A DNA stretch of 64,000 nucleotides. It comes from Clostridia bacterium. Lineage in GTDB: Bacteria > Bacillota > Clostridia > Oscillospirales > CAG-382. The notes beneath the pieces are model-generated. The model had not been told where the DNA came from. It made no database searches and was given only the letters and a program-made list of their open reading frames with translations. The stretch covers positions 9,248 through 73,247 of the forward strand of contig JAFTIR010000017.1 of the NCBI GenBank assembly GCA_017456765.1, in the 5' to 3' direction. Numbering within the stretch: the first letter of the stretch is position 1; each line of letters begins with the position of its first letter. This document shows positions 56,039-64,000 of this stretch, one piece after another. Both the position numbers and the translations under genes were made by a program.

Positions 56039-57409
56039 CTACATTCTATGTGAAAGAAGCTGCATCGCCAGATTAAAATAAAACATAAGCGACACAACAT
56101 CGACAATGGTAGTAATCATAGGCGATGCGACAACGGCGGGGTCAAGCTTTACTGTCTTTGCAAGAAGCGGAAGGAATGCACCGAGTGTTTTTGCCATAAG
56201 TATTGTGAAAATCATGGCAAGACCCAGCACAAGTCCGATTTTTACTCTATCGGGGTCGGAGGTGAAAAAGTATATTCTCGCAAAGTTAAGTATGCCAAAA
56301 ACAACACCTATGCAAAGTGCCACCCTTACTTCCTTCCACATTACGCGAAAAGAGTCTTTGAGAGAGATTTCATCAAGAGTCATTGCACGTATAACAGTTG
56401 CCGTAGTCTGCGAGCCGGAGTTTCCTCCCGTACCTGTGAGCATGGGCATGAATGTGACAAGTATGGGAAGTGCCGAGATTGCAACTTCATATTCTCCAAG
56501 GATTACTCCGTTTAACATTCCGGCAAGCATGAGTACGAACAGCCACGGAATTCTCGCTTTTACATGGGAAAAGACGCTCGTTTTAAGATATGTGTCCTCT
56601 GTCGGAACGATAGCCGCCATCTGTTCAATATCACGCGTTGCCTCTTCTTCAATTACGTCCACAATGTCATCGACGGTGACAATGCCCACAAGTCTGTCCT
56701 CGCTGTCAACAACCGGAAGTGCAAAAAGGTCGTACTTCTGAGTCAGTCTTACCGCTTCCTGTCTTTCATCGGCTGTTCCGACCTTTACAACATTTGTTTC
56801 CATGAGGTTTTCGATAAGCTCATCGTCATCACGGCATCCAAGAATTTCCGAAAGTTCGATTACTCCCAAAAGACTTCGTCTTGAACCCAGCACATAACAG
56901 GTATAGACGGTTTCCTTATGAAAGGATATTTTCCTGATATGTTCTATTGCCTGCCGAACCGTCATCTCGGCTTTAAGAGAGGCGTATTCGCTTGTCATGA
57001 TGCTTCCGACGCTGTCCTCGGGATAATTGAGAAACCTGTTAATTTCTGCTCTTGTTGAGGCATTTGCACATTTCAACACCTTTTCAACAAGGTTTGCAGG
57101 CATTTCTTCCAGCATATCAACAGCATCGTCGGTACTGAGCTCTTCAATCAGCTTCTTAATCTCCTCGTCCGAAGCAATGCCAACTATTTCCTCCTGAAAA
57201 CCGGGCTCAAGATAGCTGAAAACATCTGCCGCAAGGTCTTTCGGCATTATCTTCATTATTACAAGGGCGTTTTTGGGCTCGAGCGTTTCAAGATACTCGG
57301 CAATATCAGCCTCTGGTGTATCCTCAACGAGCTCTCTCATTGCCCTTACATTTTTATTTTCAAAAAGCTCATCCATGCGCTCCTTGAAAGTTTCCAAGAT
57401 TTCTTTCAT
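56039..57409 (-). CDS. mgtE: Magnesium transporter MgtE
   Basis: N-domain, tandem CBS domains, and a TM domain with the GNSGSQ(T) and ITTIVDV motifs. 456 aa. Confidence 0.93.
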   Translation of the reverse strand: MKEILETFKERMDELFENKNVRAMRELVEDTPEADIAEYLETLEPKNALVIMKIMPKDLAADVFSYLEPGFQEEIVGIASDEEIKKLIEELSTDDAVDMLEEMPANLVEKVLKCANASTRAEINRFLNYPEDSVGSIMTSEYASLKAEMTVRQAIEHIRKISFHKETVYTCYVLGSRRSLLGVIELSEILGCRDDDELIENLMETNVVKVGTADERQEAVRLTQKYDLFALPVVDSEDRLVGIVTVDDIVDVIEEEATRDIEQMAAIVPTEDTYLKTSVFSHVKARIPWLFVLMLAGMLNGVILGEYEVAISALPILVTFMPMLTGTGGNSGSQTTATVIRAMTLDEISLKDSFRVMWKEVRVALCIGVVFGILNFARIYFFTSDPDRVKIGLVLGLAMIFTILMAKTLGAFLPLLAKTVKLDPAVVASPMITTIVDVVSLMFYFNLAMQLLSHRM

Positions 57410-57439
57410 TGTAAATTTTGTCCTTTCATTTGTTTTTTA

Positions 57440-57640
57440 GAGAAAAACAATACCGCCACTGTGTTTTTTTACAAAGTGGCGGCGGACAAGAAACGTATTT
57501 ACTTTTTCGCGTAAAAAATCATAGTGTGAGCCGCAAGCAAATACGCCTTATCCGCAAAATATGTAGTTTTTATGCTACTTCGCCCATCCGTACTCATTTC
57601 GACTCACCTATCCTTTCGTAATTGTTACCCTAGCCTCCCT
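57440..57640 (-). promoter_or_regulatory. Structured mgtE leader with an intrinsic terminator; possibly an M-box-like Mg2+ riboswitch
   Basis: The minus strand contains GGATAGGTGAG (compare the M-box GUUAGGUGAGG), ATAAGG and GCTCACACTATGA. This is followed by the terminator CCGCCACT-(14 nt)-AGTGGCGG TATTGTTTTT at 57440-57482, upstream of the RBS. The aptamer-like part looks shorter than canonical M-boxes. Confidence 0.4.
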
Positions 57641-57760
57641 CCGAGAGGGAGGTGGATTTGTCGCAGACAAAGACGGAAGGAGCCTGCGTTCATTTCATGT
57701 CAATCTAACAAACACATGCAACGCTCTCTCCCTCAGTCAGCTGTTGCTGACAGCCTTTGA

Positions 57761-60367
57761 CTATTCCAGAATCTTTTTAAGCTCATACAGCTTTGTAAGA
57801 GCCTCGATTGGTGTAAGCGTATTTACATCAATCTTTTTGATTTCATCTATTACCCTATCCTCTTCGAGGCTGTCAAGAGCAAGGGTTGACGAGTAATCTT
57901 CCGTCACCTTGATTTTCGGCATCTGGCTCTTAACGGGGGAAACATTATGCTTTTCTTCGATTTCCTTTAGGATTTCGTTTGCCCTGTCAACAATTGATTT
58001 TGGAACGCCTGCGAGCTTTGCGACTTCAATACCATAGCTTCGGTCTGCCGCGCCCTCAACAATTTTACGAAGAAAGATAAGGTCATCTCCGCGTTTTTTT
58101 GCAACGATGTTGAAATTCGCAACGCCCTTGCAGACATCTGCAAGCTCTGTCAGTTCATGATAGTGCGTTGCAAACATGGTCTTTGCATAGAGTTTTTTGC
58201 TGACAGTATACTCAACTATCGCCCTTGCTATACTCATGCCGTCATAGGTAGATGTACCTCTTCCTATTTCATCATATACAACAAGGCTCTTGTTTGTGGC
58301 ATTCTTTAAGATATATGCACATTCCGACATTTCAAGCATGAAGGTAGACTGTCCCTGTGCTAAGTCATCCGACGCACCTATTCTTGTAAACACCTTATCG
58401 ACAATACCGATTCTTGCGCTTCTTGCAGGAACAAAAGAGCCTATCTGCGCCATAATGACAATGAGGGCAGTCTGGCGCATATATGTACTCTTACCCGCCA
58501 TATTGGGTCCTGTGATGAGAAGAAGGCGTCTGTTTTCGTCAAAGTGAACATCATTGGGAACAAACATTTCATTCTTCATGAATTTCTCGACAACAGGGTG
58601 TCTTGAGTCCTTAAGGTCTATACAATCAGAGGTATCAACCTCAGGGCAGGTATAGTTATTCTTCTTTGCAACGTCACTGAGCGAAACATACACGTCAAGA
58701 TGTGAAAGAGCAACGGCAGTTTTCTGCACCCTTGTGAGATTCTGTGCAACATACTCGCGAAGTCTCTGGAACAGTTCATACTCAAGGGAGACAAGTCTTT
58801 CCTTTGCTCCGAGCACCTTTGTTTCCATTTCCTTGAGTTCTTCCGTTATATATCTCTCGGCACCCGTAAGTGTCTGCTTTCTTACGTATCTTTCAGGCAC
58901 AAGATCCTTGAAGGAATTTGTGACTTCAATATAATAGCCGAAAACTCTGTTATAGCCGACTTTAAGGTTCTTGATTCCCGTCAGTTCCTTTTCGTTCTGC
59001 TCTATCTTTGCCATCCAGGAGTGACCGTCATTCATCATGTCCCTCAGTTCATCTGCCTCGGGTGAAAATCCTTCTTTTATAAAGCCTCCCTCACGGATGG
59101 AAAAGGGCGGGTCATCCTTTATTGCGTTGTTTATATAGCCTGCAATATCACTGAGGGTATCAAGGTCACCGCAAAGTTTTGTCAGCTCTTCACTCTTGAA
59201 ATTTGAAAGATACTTCTTTATAGGACCGATAACACTTATCGACTGTTCGATTGCCTTCATGTCCTTACCGTTCGTGGTATTGTACACGACTCTCGTCATA
59301 AGTCTTTCAAGGTCACCGATTTCCGAGAGCAGGTGCTGGATTTCTTCCTTTGTTATAAAGTCTGAGTACAGCTCCTTTACGGCATTCTGGCGTTTTATGA
59401 TTTCATTGCAGTTGACAAGGGGCATTTCAATCCACTTACGTAAAAGTCTTGCACCCATTGCCGTCTTTGTCTTATCGAGAACCCAGAGAAGAGTGCCTTT
59501 CTTTTCCCTTGTTCTCATGGTTTCGCAAAGCTCAAGGTTTCGTCTTGTATTTACATCAATTCCGAGATACGCGTTATTATCGTAGCAGTTGATTTCATTA
59601 AGATATGAAAGGTCAACCTTCTGAGTATCTGCGATATATAGGAGAAGTGCCGCTATCGCAAAAACGGCAGGTGAGCTTTCATTTAAGAATGCCTTATCAA
59701 GCTCATCCCGTCCGAAATGCTCAAGGACTTCGTTATATGCATCTTTTTTATAAAGCGATGAGGTTCTGTCATTGAAAACGCACCCTAAGCGCTCGCTGAC
59801 AAATGAATATATTTCGGGAACTCCGCCTCTGTCGGCGTTTGTTATTATTTCACTGGGGCTATAGGTTGCAAGCTCATTTATTATGCGCTTATTCATATCT
59901 CCGTCGGTAATCTGAGTTACAAAAATCTTTGCAGTCGAAACATCGGCAAAGCAAAGCCCGCAGGTAGTTCCCTCAACATACATGGAACAAAGGTAATTGT
60001 TTTTGCCCTCCTGGAGCATTGTGCTTTCGGTAACGGTGCCGGGAGTAATTACCCTTGACACTTCCCTCTTTACAAGCCCCTTTGCGGTAGCCGGGTCCTC
60101 CGCCTGCTCGCAGACAACCACAGTATAGCCTTTTTTGACAAGTCTTGCAATATAGGTTTCGGCGCTATGGTAAGGAACACCGCACATGGGCGCTTTTTCC
60201 TCCATGCCGCAGCTCTTTCCCGTAAGTGTAAGCTCAAGCTCTCGGGAAACAACCTTTGCATCGTCAAAAAACATCTCGTAAAAGTCACCGAGACGGTAGA
60301 AGAGTATTTCGTTTTTATACTTTTCCTTTACTTCAAGGTATTGAAGCATCATGGGGGTATAGGGCAT
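57761..60367 (-). CDS. mutS: DNA mismatch repair protein MutS
   Basis: N-terminal MPYTPMMLQYLEVKEKY...LFYRLGDFYEMF, Walker A GPNMAGKST and DEIGRGTST. The 32-codon upstream extension in the ORF track runs into repeat A5 and is rejected. Confidence 0.93.
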   Translation of the reverse strand: MPYTPMMLQYLEVKEKYKNEILFYRLGDFYEMFFDDAKVVSRELELTLTGKSCGMEEKAPMCGVPYHSAETYIARLVKKGYTVVVCEQAEDPATAKGLVKREVSRVITPGTVTESTMLQEGKNNYLCSMYVEGTTCGLCFADVSTAKIFVTQITDGDMNKRIINELATYSPSEIITNADRGGVPEIYSFVSERLGCVFNDRTSSLYKKDAYNEVLEHFGRDELDKAFLNESSPAVFAIAALLLYIADTQKVDLSYLNEINCYDNNAYLGIDVNTRRNLELCETMRTREKKGTLLWVLDKTKTAMGARLLRKWIEMPLVNCNEIIKRQNAVKELYSDFITKEEIQHLLSEIGDLERLMTRVVYNTTNGKDMKAIEQSISVIGPIKKYLSNFKSEELTKLCGDLDTLSDIAGYINNAIKDDPPFSIREGGFIKEGFSPEADELRDMMNDGHSWMAKIEQNEKELTGIKNLKVGYNRVFGYYIEVTNSFKDLVPERYVRKQTLTGAERYITEELKEMETKVLGAKERLVSLEYELFQRLREYVAQNLTRVQKTAVALSHLDVYVSLSDVAKKNNYTCPEVDTSDCIDLKDSRHPVVEKFMKNEMFVPNDVHFDENRRLLLITGPNMAGKSTYMRQTALIVIMAQIGSFVPARSARIGIVDKVFTRIGASDDLAQGQSTFMLEMSECAYILKNATNKSLVVYDEIGRGTSTYDGMSIARAIVEYTVSKKLYAKTMFATHYHELTELADVCKGVANFNIVAKKRGDDLIFLRKIVEGAADRSYGIEVAKLAGVPKSIVDRANEILKEIEEKHNVSPVKSQMPKIKVTEDYSSTLALDSLEEDRVIDEIKKIDVNTLTPIEALTKLYELKKILE

Positions 60368-60400
60368 ATTGTTACCTGTCTTTCTTATTATTTCGTAAGA

Positions 60401-60799
60401 ATTTCGCTTCTGCGGAAGCGACTTTCTTTTGTCCCGCGACAAAAGAAAGCAAAAACGCTCCACTCATGTGTCGAAAACTCCGCTTCGCTCCGTAACATTC
60501 GACACGAGCCGTGGCGGCTCTTTTTTATACTCTACTCAAAGTTAAGATAAGTTTTGGTTTTTTTCTCACTACTTCATATAGTTTGCCTGCCTGCGGCAGG
60601 CTATAGCCTCGCAGTGCGAGGCGAATCACGCTTATTAGCGTGAAGAGAACTTAAACTTTTGGAAATATTATGTTGAGCTTGAGCCTCCACGGCTCGCAAA
60701 AAATCTGAGCGAAGCGGTAATTTTTTGCAGAGTGGGCGCTTTGGGTTACTTTTGGCGAGTCAAAAGTAACGTAAAACGCAGTCAGCAGACTGCGGAACT
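60401..60799 (+). repeat. Family A element, copy A5 (full length)
   Basis: The arms carry TCGCTTCTGCGGAAGCGA, CTTTCTTTTG..CAAAAGAAAG, CCACTCATG-TGTCGAA..TTCGACA-CGAGCCGTGGCGGCTC. Centre 60581-60626. The mirror arm ends ...GTTACTTTTG..CAAAAGTAAC-GTAAAAC-GCAGTC..GACTGCGGAAC. It ends 1-2 nt from the ylbF-like stop codon. Confidence 0.85.
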
Positions 60800-60800
60800 C

Positions 60801-61241
60801 TTAATGACATCCCTTGCAGGTGGCGCAGTTATGCGTACACTCCGCGCCGCCCTCAACACCGTCCTCATAGTCGTCATACTCCTTTTCACAGGTGAGAGTT
60901 TCGGGAGAAATATACGAAGTAATTGTCATATTTATGGCATTGAGAAGAATGTTGAGATTTTCCTCTGCCATGTTGTATGCTTTCATTTCGGGGTGGGATG
61001 TGATTTCCGAATAGAGCGTCTCCATTCTCGCGGAAATTGCATCGAGAAGCTGGGTATCATTTTCGTCACCCTTTGCGCTTTCTATGTCATACACCTTTTT
61101 CTGCACCTTGAATTCGTCAAGTTTCGCTTTAAGTGTTGGATTTTCCTTGCATTTATCGCGCGTTTCGCAAAAGTTTTTATACTGCTCGCTCTCCTTTAGC
61201 TTTTCACCAAGGGCACGTGCAAGTGTCATAAGTTCATTCAT
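60801..61241 (-). CDS. YlbF/YmcA-like protein with a Cys-rich C-terminal tail
   Basis: A helical ~110-aa body with the YlbF-like pattern (LKESEQYKNF...KLDEFK), then ECTHNCATCKGCH. It lies between miaB and mutS. Confidence 0.6.
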   Translation of the reverse strand: MNELMTLARALGEKLKESEQYKNFCETRDKCKENPTLKAKLDEFKVQKKVYDIESAKGDENDTQLLDAISARMETLYSEITSHPEMKAYNMAEENLNILLNAINMTITSYISPETLTCEKEYDDYEDGVEGGAECTHNCATCKGCH

Positions 61242-61258
61242 TTACAATCTTCCTTTCA

Positions 61259-62671
61259 TTATTCTGTCTTTCCCCTGAGGAGAGATTCTCCAAAGGAGTC
61301 TATTTTAACATCCACATACTTTCCGATTATGTCACCTTTTTGGCTTTGGAATTTTACCAGTTTAAAGCCTGATGTGCGGCCGGTGAAAAAACCCTTTTCG
61401 TCGGCGCCCTTCTCACACAGTACTCTTACAGTTTTCCCTACATAGGACTTATTGATTGCAGTAATATTTTCCCTATGAAGCGAGAGAAGTTTTGACATTC
61501 TCTCTGTCTTTTCCCCATCGCCCGTGTCATCCTCCATTTTACTTGCAGGCGTTCCGGGTCGGGGCGAGTAGATAAACGAGAACACCGAATCGTACCCGAC
61601 TTCTTTGACAAGCGAGAGTGTCTCTTCAAAATCCTCATTTGTTTCACCCGGGAAACCAACGATAATATCGGTTGTGAGAACAATGTCGGGGATGGCACTC
61701 TTCAGCTTTTTCACCGTTTCAAGATACCCTTCACGACTGTATTTTCTGTTCATTTCTTTGAGGATTCTTGTGCTTCCCGACTGAACAGGCAGGTGGAAAT
61801 GTCTTTCGACCTTGGGATTGTTTTTTATAACCTCAATCAGTCTGTCCGAGACATCCTTGGGGTGGCTCGTCATAAATCGGAGTGTAAAATCTCCGTCAAT
61901 TTTACAGATTTCCTCAACAAGAGTGGCAAAATCGCAGTTTTCTTCACCCTTTTTGCCGTAAGAATTTACATTCTGTCCGAGAAGCGTAATTTCCTTATAA
62001 CCGTCACTTACAAGGGAACGCACCTCGTTTAATATGTCCTCTTTCTTTCTGCTTCGCTCTCTGCCCCTTACATACGGTACAACGCAGTATGTACAGAAAT
62101 TGTCACAGCCGTACATTATCGAAACATAAGCTTTTATCTTATCTTCTCTTTCAACAGGAACTCCCTCGACTATAGAGTAGTCAAGTTCGTCAACATAGTA
62201 TCTGCGTCTGTCGTTTTCCAAACAATCGCAGAGAATTTCGGGAAGTCTGTGAAGCATATTTGTTCCTGCAACAAAGTCGACATAGGGGTACTTATGCTTT
62301 ATATCCTCTACTCTCTTTTCCTGGCTCACCATACAACCCCAAAGACCTATAAGAAGATTCTTATTCTTCTCCTTCAGGTGCTTGAGCTGTCCCGTTTTCG
62401 AGAGGGCTCTGAGCTCTGCGTGTTCCCTTACGGCGCAGGTGTTGAAGATAATAAGGTCGGCATCCTCCAAGTTTTCTGCCTTGACATAGCCAAGACTCTG
62501 TGCCGTACCGGAAAGGCGTTCACTGTCCGCCTCGTTCTGCTGACAGCCGAAGGTTGCGATATAATACTTTGGTGCAAAGGGCATCTTTTCGAGTATAGTC
62601 CTCACACGACTCGTATATTTTTCCTGATTCTTTATATCAGCGGTATTTTCACTTAAATTGGAATTTGCCAT
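61259..62671 (-). CDS. miaB: tRNA (N6-isopentenyl adenosine(37)-C2)-methylthiotransferase MiaB
   Basis: UPF0004 domain Cys (FGCQQNE, NTCAVRE), radical SAM CDNFCTYC, and a C-terminal TRAM domain. Confidence 0.93.
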   Translation of the reverse strand: MANSNLSENTADIKNQEKYTSRVRTILEKMPFAPKYYIATFGCQQNEADSERLSGTAQSLGYVKAENLEDADLIIFNTCAVREHAELRALSKTGQLKHLKEKNKNLLIGLWGCMVSQEKRVEDIKHKYPYVDFVAGTNMLHRLPEILCDCLENDRRRYYVDELDYSIVEGVPVEREDKIKAYVSIMYGCDNFCTYCVVPYVRGRERSRKKEDILNEVRSLVSDGYKEITLLGQNVNSYGKKGEENCDFATLVEEICKIDGDFTLRFMTSHPKDVSDRLIEVIKNNPKVERHFHLPVQSGSTRILKEMNRKYSREGYLETVKKLKSAIPDIVLTTDIIVGFPGETNEDFEETLSLVKEVGYDSVFSFIYSPRPGTPASKMEDDTGDGEKTERMSKLLSLHRENITAINKSYVGKTVRVLCEKGADEKGFFTGRTSGFKLVKFQSQKGDIIGKYVDVKIDSFGESLLRGKTE

Positions 62672-63552
62672 TACTTTTTGCCTTTCATGAGCTTTCTCAA
62701 ATCATCGGGTGAGAATTTATAAATTTTATCGCAGAACTGGCAGGAAACCTCAATGTCCTTTCCCTCATCTATCATGGACTGCATTTCGCCTTTTCCCACC
62801 GAAAGAATAGCTTTTTCTACCTTTTCCTTATTACATTCACAGAAGTATGAAACGTCTGCTTCGTCAAAAATATCAAATTCAATATCTCCGAGGATTTCCT
62901 TTAAGTATTCTTCGTTAGTCTTACCCGAGGAAAACATATGAGATACGGGAGGAATGAGGGGAAGACGTGCTTCAAGGCGGTCTATGAATTTATCGTCAGT
63001 TCCCGGCAGAAGCTGTATCATAAAGCCGCCTGCCGCACGGCATTTATAATCATTTCCCATAAGAACGCCGAGCGCACAGACGGTAGGTGTCTGCTCACTT
63101 GTGGCATAATAATTTGTAAAGTCCTCGGCAATTTCTCCCGAAACAATGGGCACAAGTCCAACAAAGGGTTCACCCTGTCCCATATCCTTTACAATACTCA
63201 TTGTTCCCTTACCAACAGCGCCTGCAACATCAAGTTTTCCCTTTGAATTGAGAGGCAGGTCTGCCTGGGGATTCTGCACAAAGCCCTTTACGTTTCCGTA
63301 ATAGTCGGCAACCGCGAGAATCTTGCCGCAAACGCCGTCTCCGTTAAAGGAAACCGTCACGGTATCATCTTTATCTTTAAGCATAATTCCTGCCATGCTT
63401 GTTGCCGTAAGTGTTCTTCCGAGAGCTGCGGCGGCAGTCGGAGAAAGGTTATGGATTTTTATTGCATCATTTACCATAGCCTTTGAGTTTACGATTATTA
63501 TTCTTGCTGAGCCGCAAGTTGTCATGGCTCTTGTTATTGTGTTATCGAGCAT
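62671..63552 (-). CDS. hslO: Hsp33 family redox-regulated chaperone HslO
   Basis: C-terminal zinc centre CECN...CQFC. 293 aa. The stop codon overlaps the miaB start (TAATG). Confidence 0.9.
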   Translation of the reverse strand: MLDNTITRAMTTCGSARIIIVNSKAMVNDAIKIHNLSPTAAAALGRTLTATSMAGIMLKDKDDTVTVSFNGDGVCGKILAVADYYGNVKGFVQNPQADLPLNSKGKLDVAGAVGKGTMSIVKDMGQGEPFVGLVPIVSGEIAEDFTNYYATSEQTPTVCALGVLMGNDYKCRAAGGFMIQLLPGTDDKFIDRLEARLPLIPPVSHMFSSGKTNEEYLKEILGDIEFDIFDEADVSYFCECNKEKVEKAILSVGKGEMQSMIDEGKDIEVSCQFCDKIYKFSPDDLRKLMKGKK

Positions 63553-63605
63553 ATTTTTTCTCTTTTCTATAATTGTTTATACGATTTAACTTACACATAA
63601 GAAGT

Positions 63606-64000
63606 ATTCCGCGGCTTGCGAGCCGCGTTTTCCGTTCTTTTGTCCCGAAACAAAAGAACCAAAAATTCTCCACTCATGTTTCGTGACTTTTTGAGGTCAC
63701 GAAACGGGGCGTGGTGCCCCTTTTCAACCCTCTACGCAGGAAAGCATAAACTTATATTTTTTCACTCTCTACTCCACCTGTGTTTGCCTGCCCTTGGCAG
63801 GCTATAGCCTCGCAAAGCGAGGCAAACCACGCTTGTTAGTGGAAAGACACTCGGAGGTTTTGGAATCATTTCGTTGAGGGCTAAGAAGAGCCTCCGCGGC
63901 TCGTTCGGGACCTCAAAAAGTCCCGAACATGAGCGGTCGCTTTGGGTTACTTTTCGCGAGTGAAAAGTAACGGAAAACGCACTCCCAAGTCGTGCGGAAC
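63606..64000 (+). repeat. Family A element, copy A6 (apparently complete, ending at the window edge)
   Basis: ATTCCGCGGCTTGCGAGCCGCG-TTTTCC-GTTCTTTTG..CAAAAGAAC...CCACTCATG-TTTCGTGAC..GTCACGAAA-CGGGGCGTGGTGCCCC. Centre 63782-63827. Mirror arm: GAGCCTCCGCGGCTC-GTTCGGGAC..GTCCCGAAC-ATGAGCGG...GTTACTTTTC..GAAAAGTAAC-GGAAAAC-GCACTC..GTGCGGAAC. Confidence 0.85.

Noticed and set aside
60368-60463. N-terminal extensions offered by the ORF track for mutS (32 codons). The same applies to murG, murB, secD, both LRR proteins, the 509-aa ORF, recA and citrate synthase.
   Set aside because: Internal ATGs have properly spaced AGGAGG-type RBSs and give canonical N-termini (MPYTPMMLQY, MRVLISGGGTGGH, signal peptides and so on). 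The mutS extension reads into repeat A5.
1-64000. A search for transposase, integrase, phage, toxin-antitoxin or defence-system genes that might explain the repeats or mark an island.
   Set aside because: Every ORF above about 100 aa with coding character is accounted for by housekeeping or metabolic families or by the unknown proteins listed. None shows DDE, HUH, serine or tyrosine recombinase motifs, or nuclease or NTPase defence-type motifs that I could recognise.

Overview
The window is a chromosomal segment of a low-GC Firmicute, most likely a sporulating member of the Clostridia. This is inferred from the SCIFF peptide/maturase pair, spoIID, whiA, an spoVD/spoVE-type dcw cluster, and AGGAGG-type ribosome binding sites (RBS). 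No transposase, integrase, phage, CRISPR, rRNA or tRNA genes are visible.

Gene content, in order:
- Two tandem, highly similar copies of a very large cytoplasmic protein of unknown function (the first is cut by the window edge), followed by a Gfo/Idh/MocA oxidoreductase and a 496-aa unknown protein.
- rpe, recA-recX, NfeD-SPFH, secG and an LTA-synthase-family gene.
- A compact dcw cluster on the minus strand: mraZ-rsmH-ftsL-PBP-mraY-ftsW-murG-ftsQ-ftsZ.
- typA, cysK, an LRR lipoprotein and a CarD-like regulator.
- The SCIFF locus: a 49-aa scfA that I translated by hand (it is absent from the ORF track), the scfB radical SAM/SPASM maturase, a translationally coupled PLP decarboxylase, and a 40-aa Cys-free peptide.
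- A DMT transporter, a PocR/AraC regulator, a BspA-type LRR protein, secDF, topB, a mecA-like gene, spoIID and citrate synthase.
- A beta-helix/PHP fusion protein, dnaE, murB overlapping a short whiA, mgtE with a structured leader, mutS, a ylbF-like gene, miaB and hslO.

The most unusual signal is non-coding. Nearly every intergenic gap longer than about 200 bp holds one of two repeat families.
- Family A has 6 copies plus a fragment, each 175-470 bp. It is a large nested palindrome made of hairpin modules. Some stems differ in sequence between copies but keep their pairing.
- Family B has 4 copies of about 110-220 bp. It is a hairpin-bounded element ending in a variable-number (AGGAATT)n heptamer array. 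A fifth array stands alone just upstream of the topB promoter.

By my coordinates the two families total roughly 2.9 kb, about 4-5% of the window. They abut stop codons, supply terminators, and in one case split scfA from scfB.
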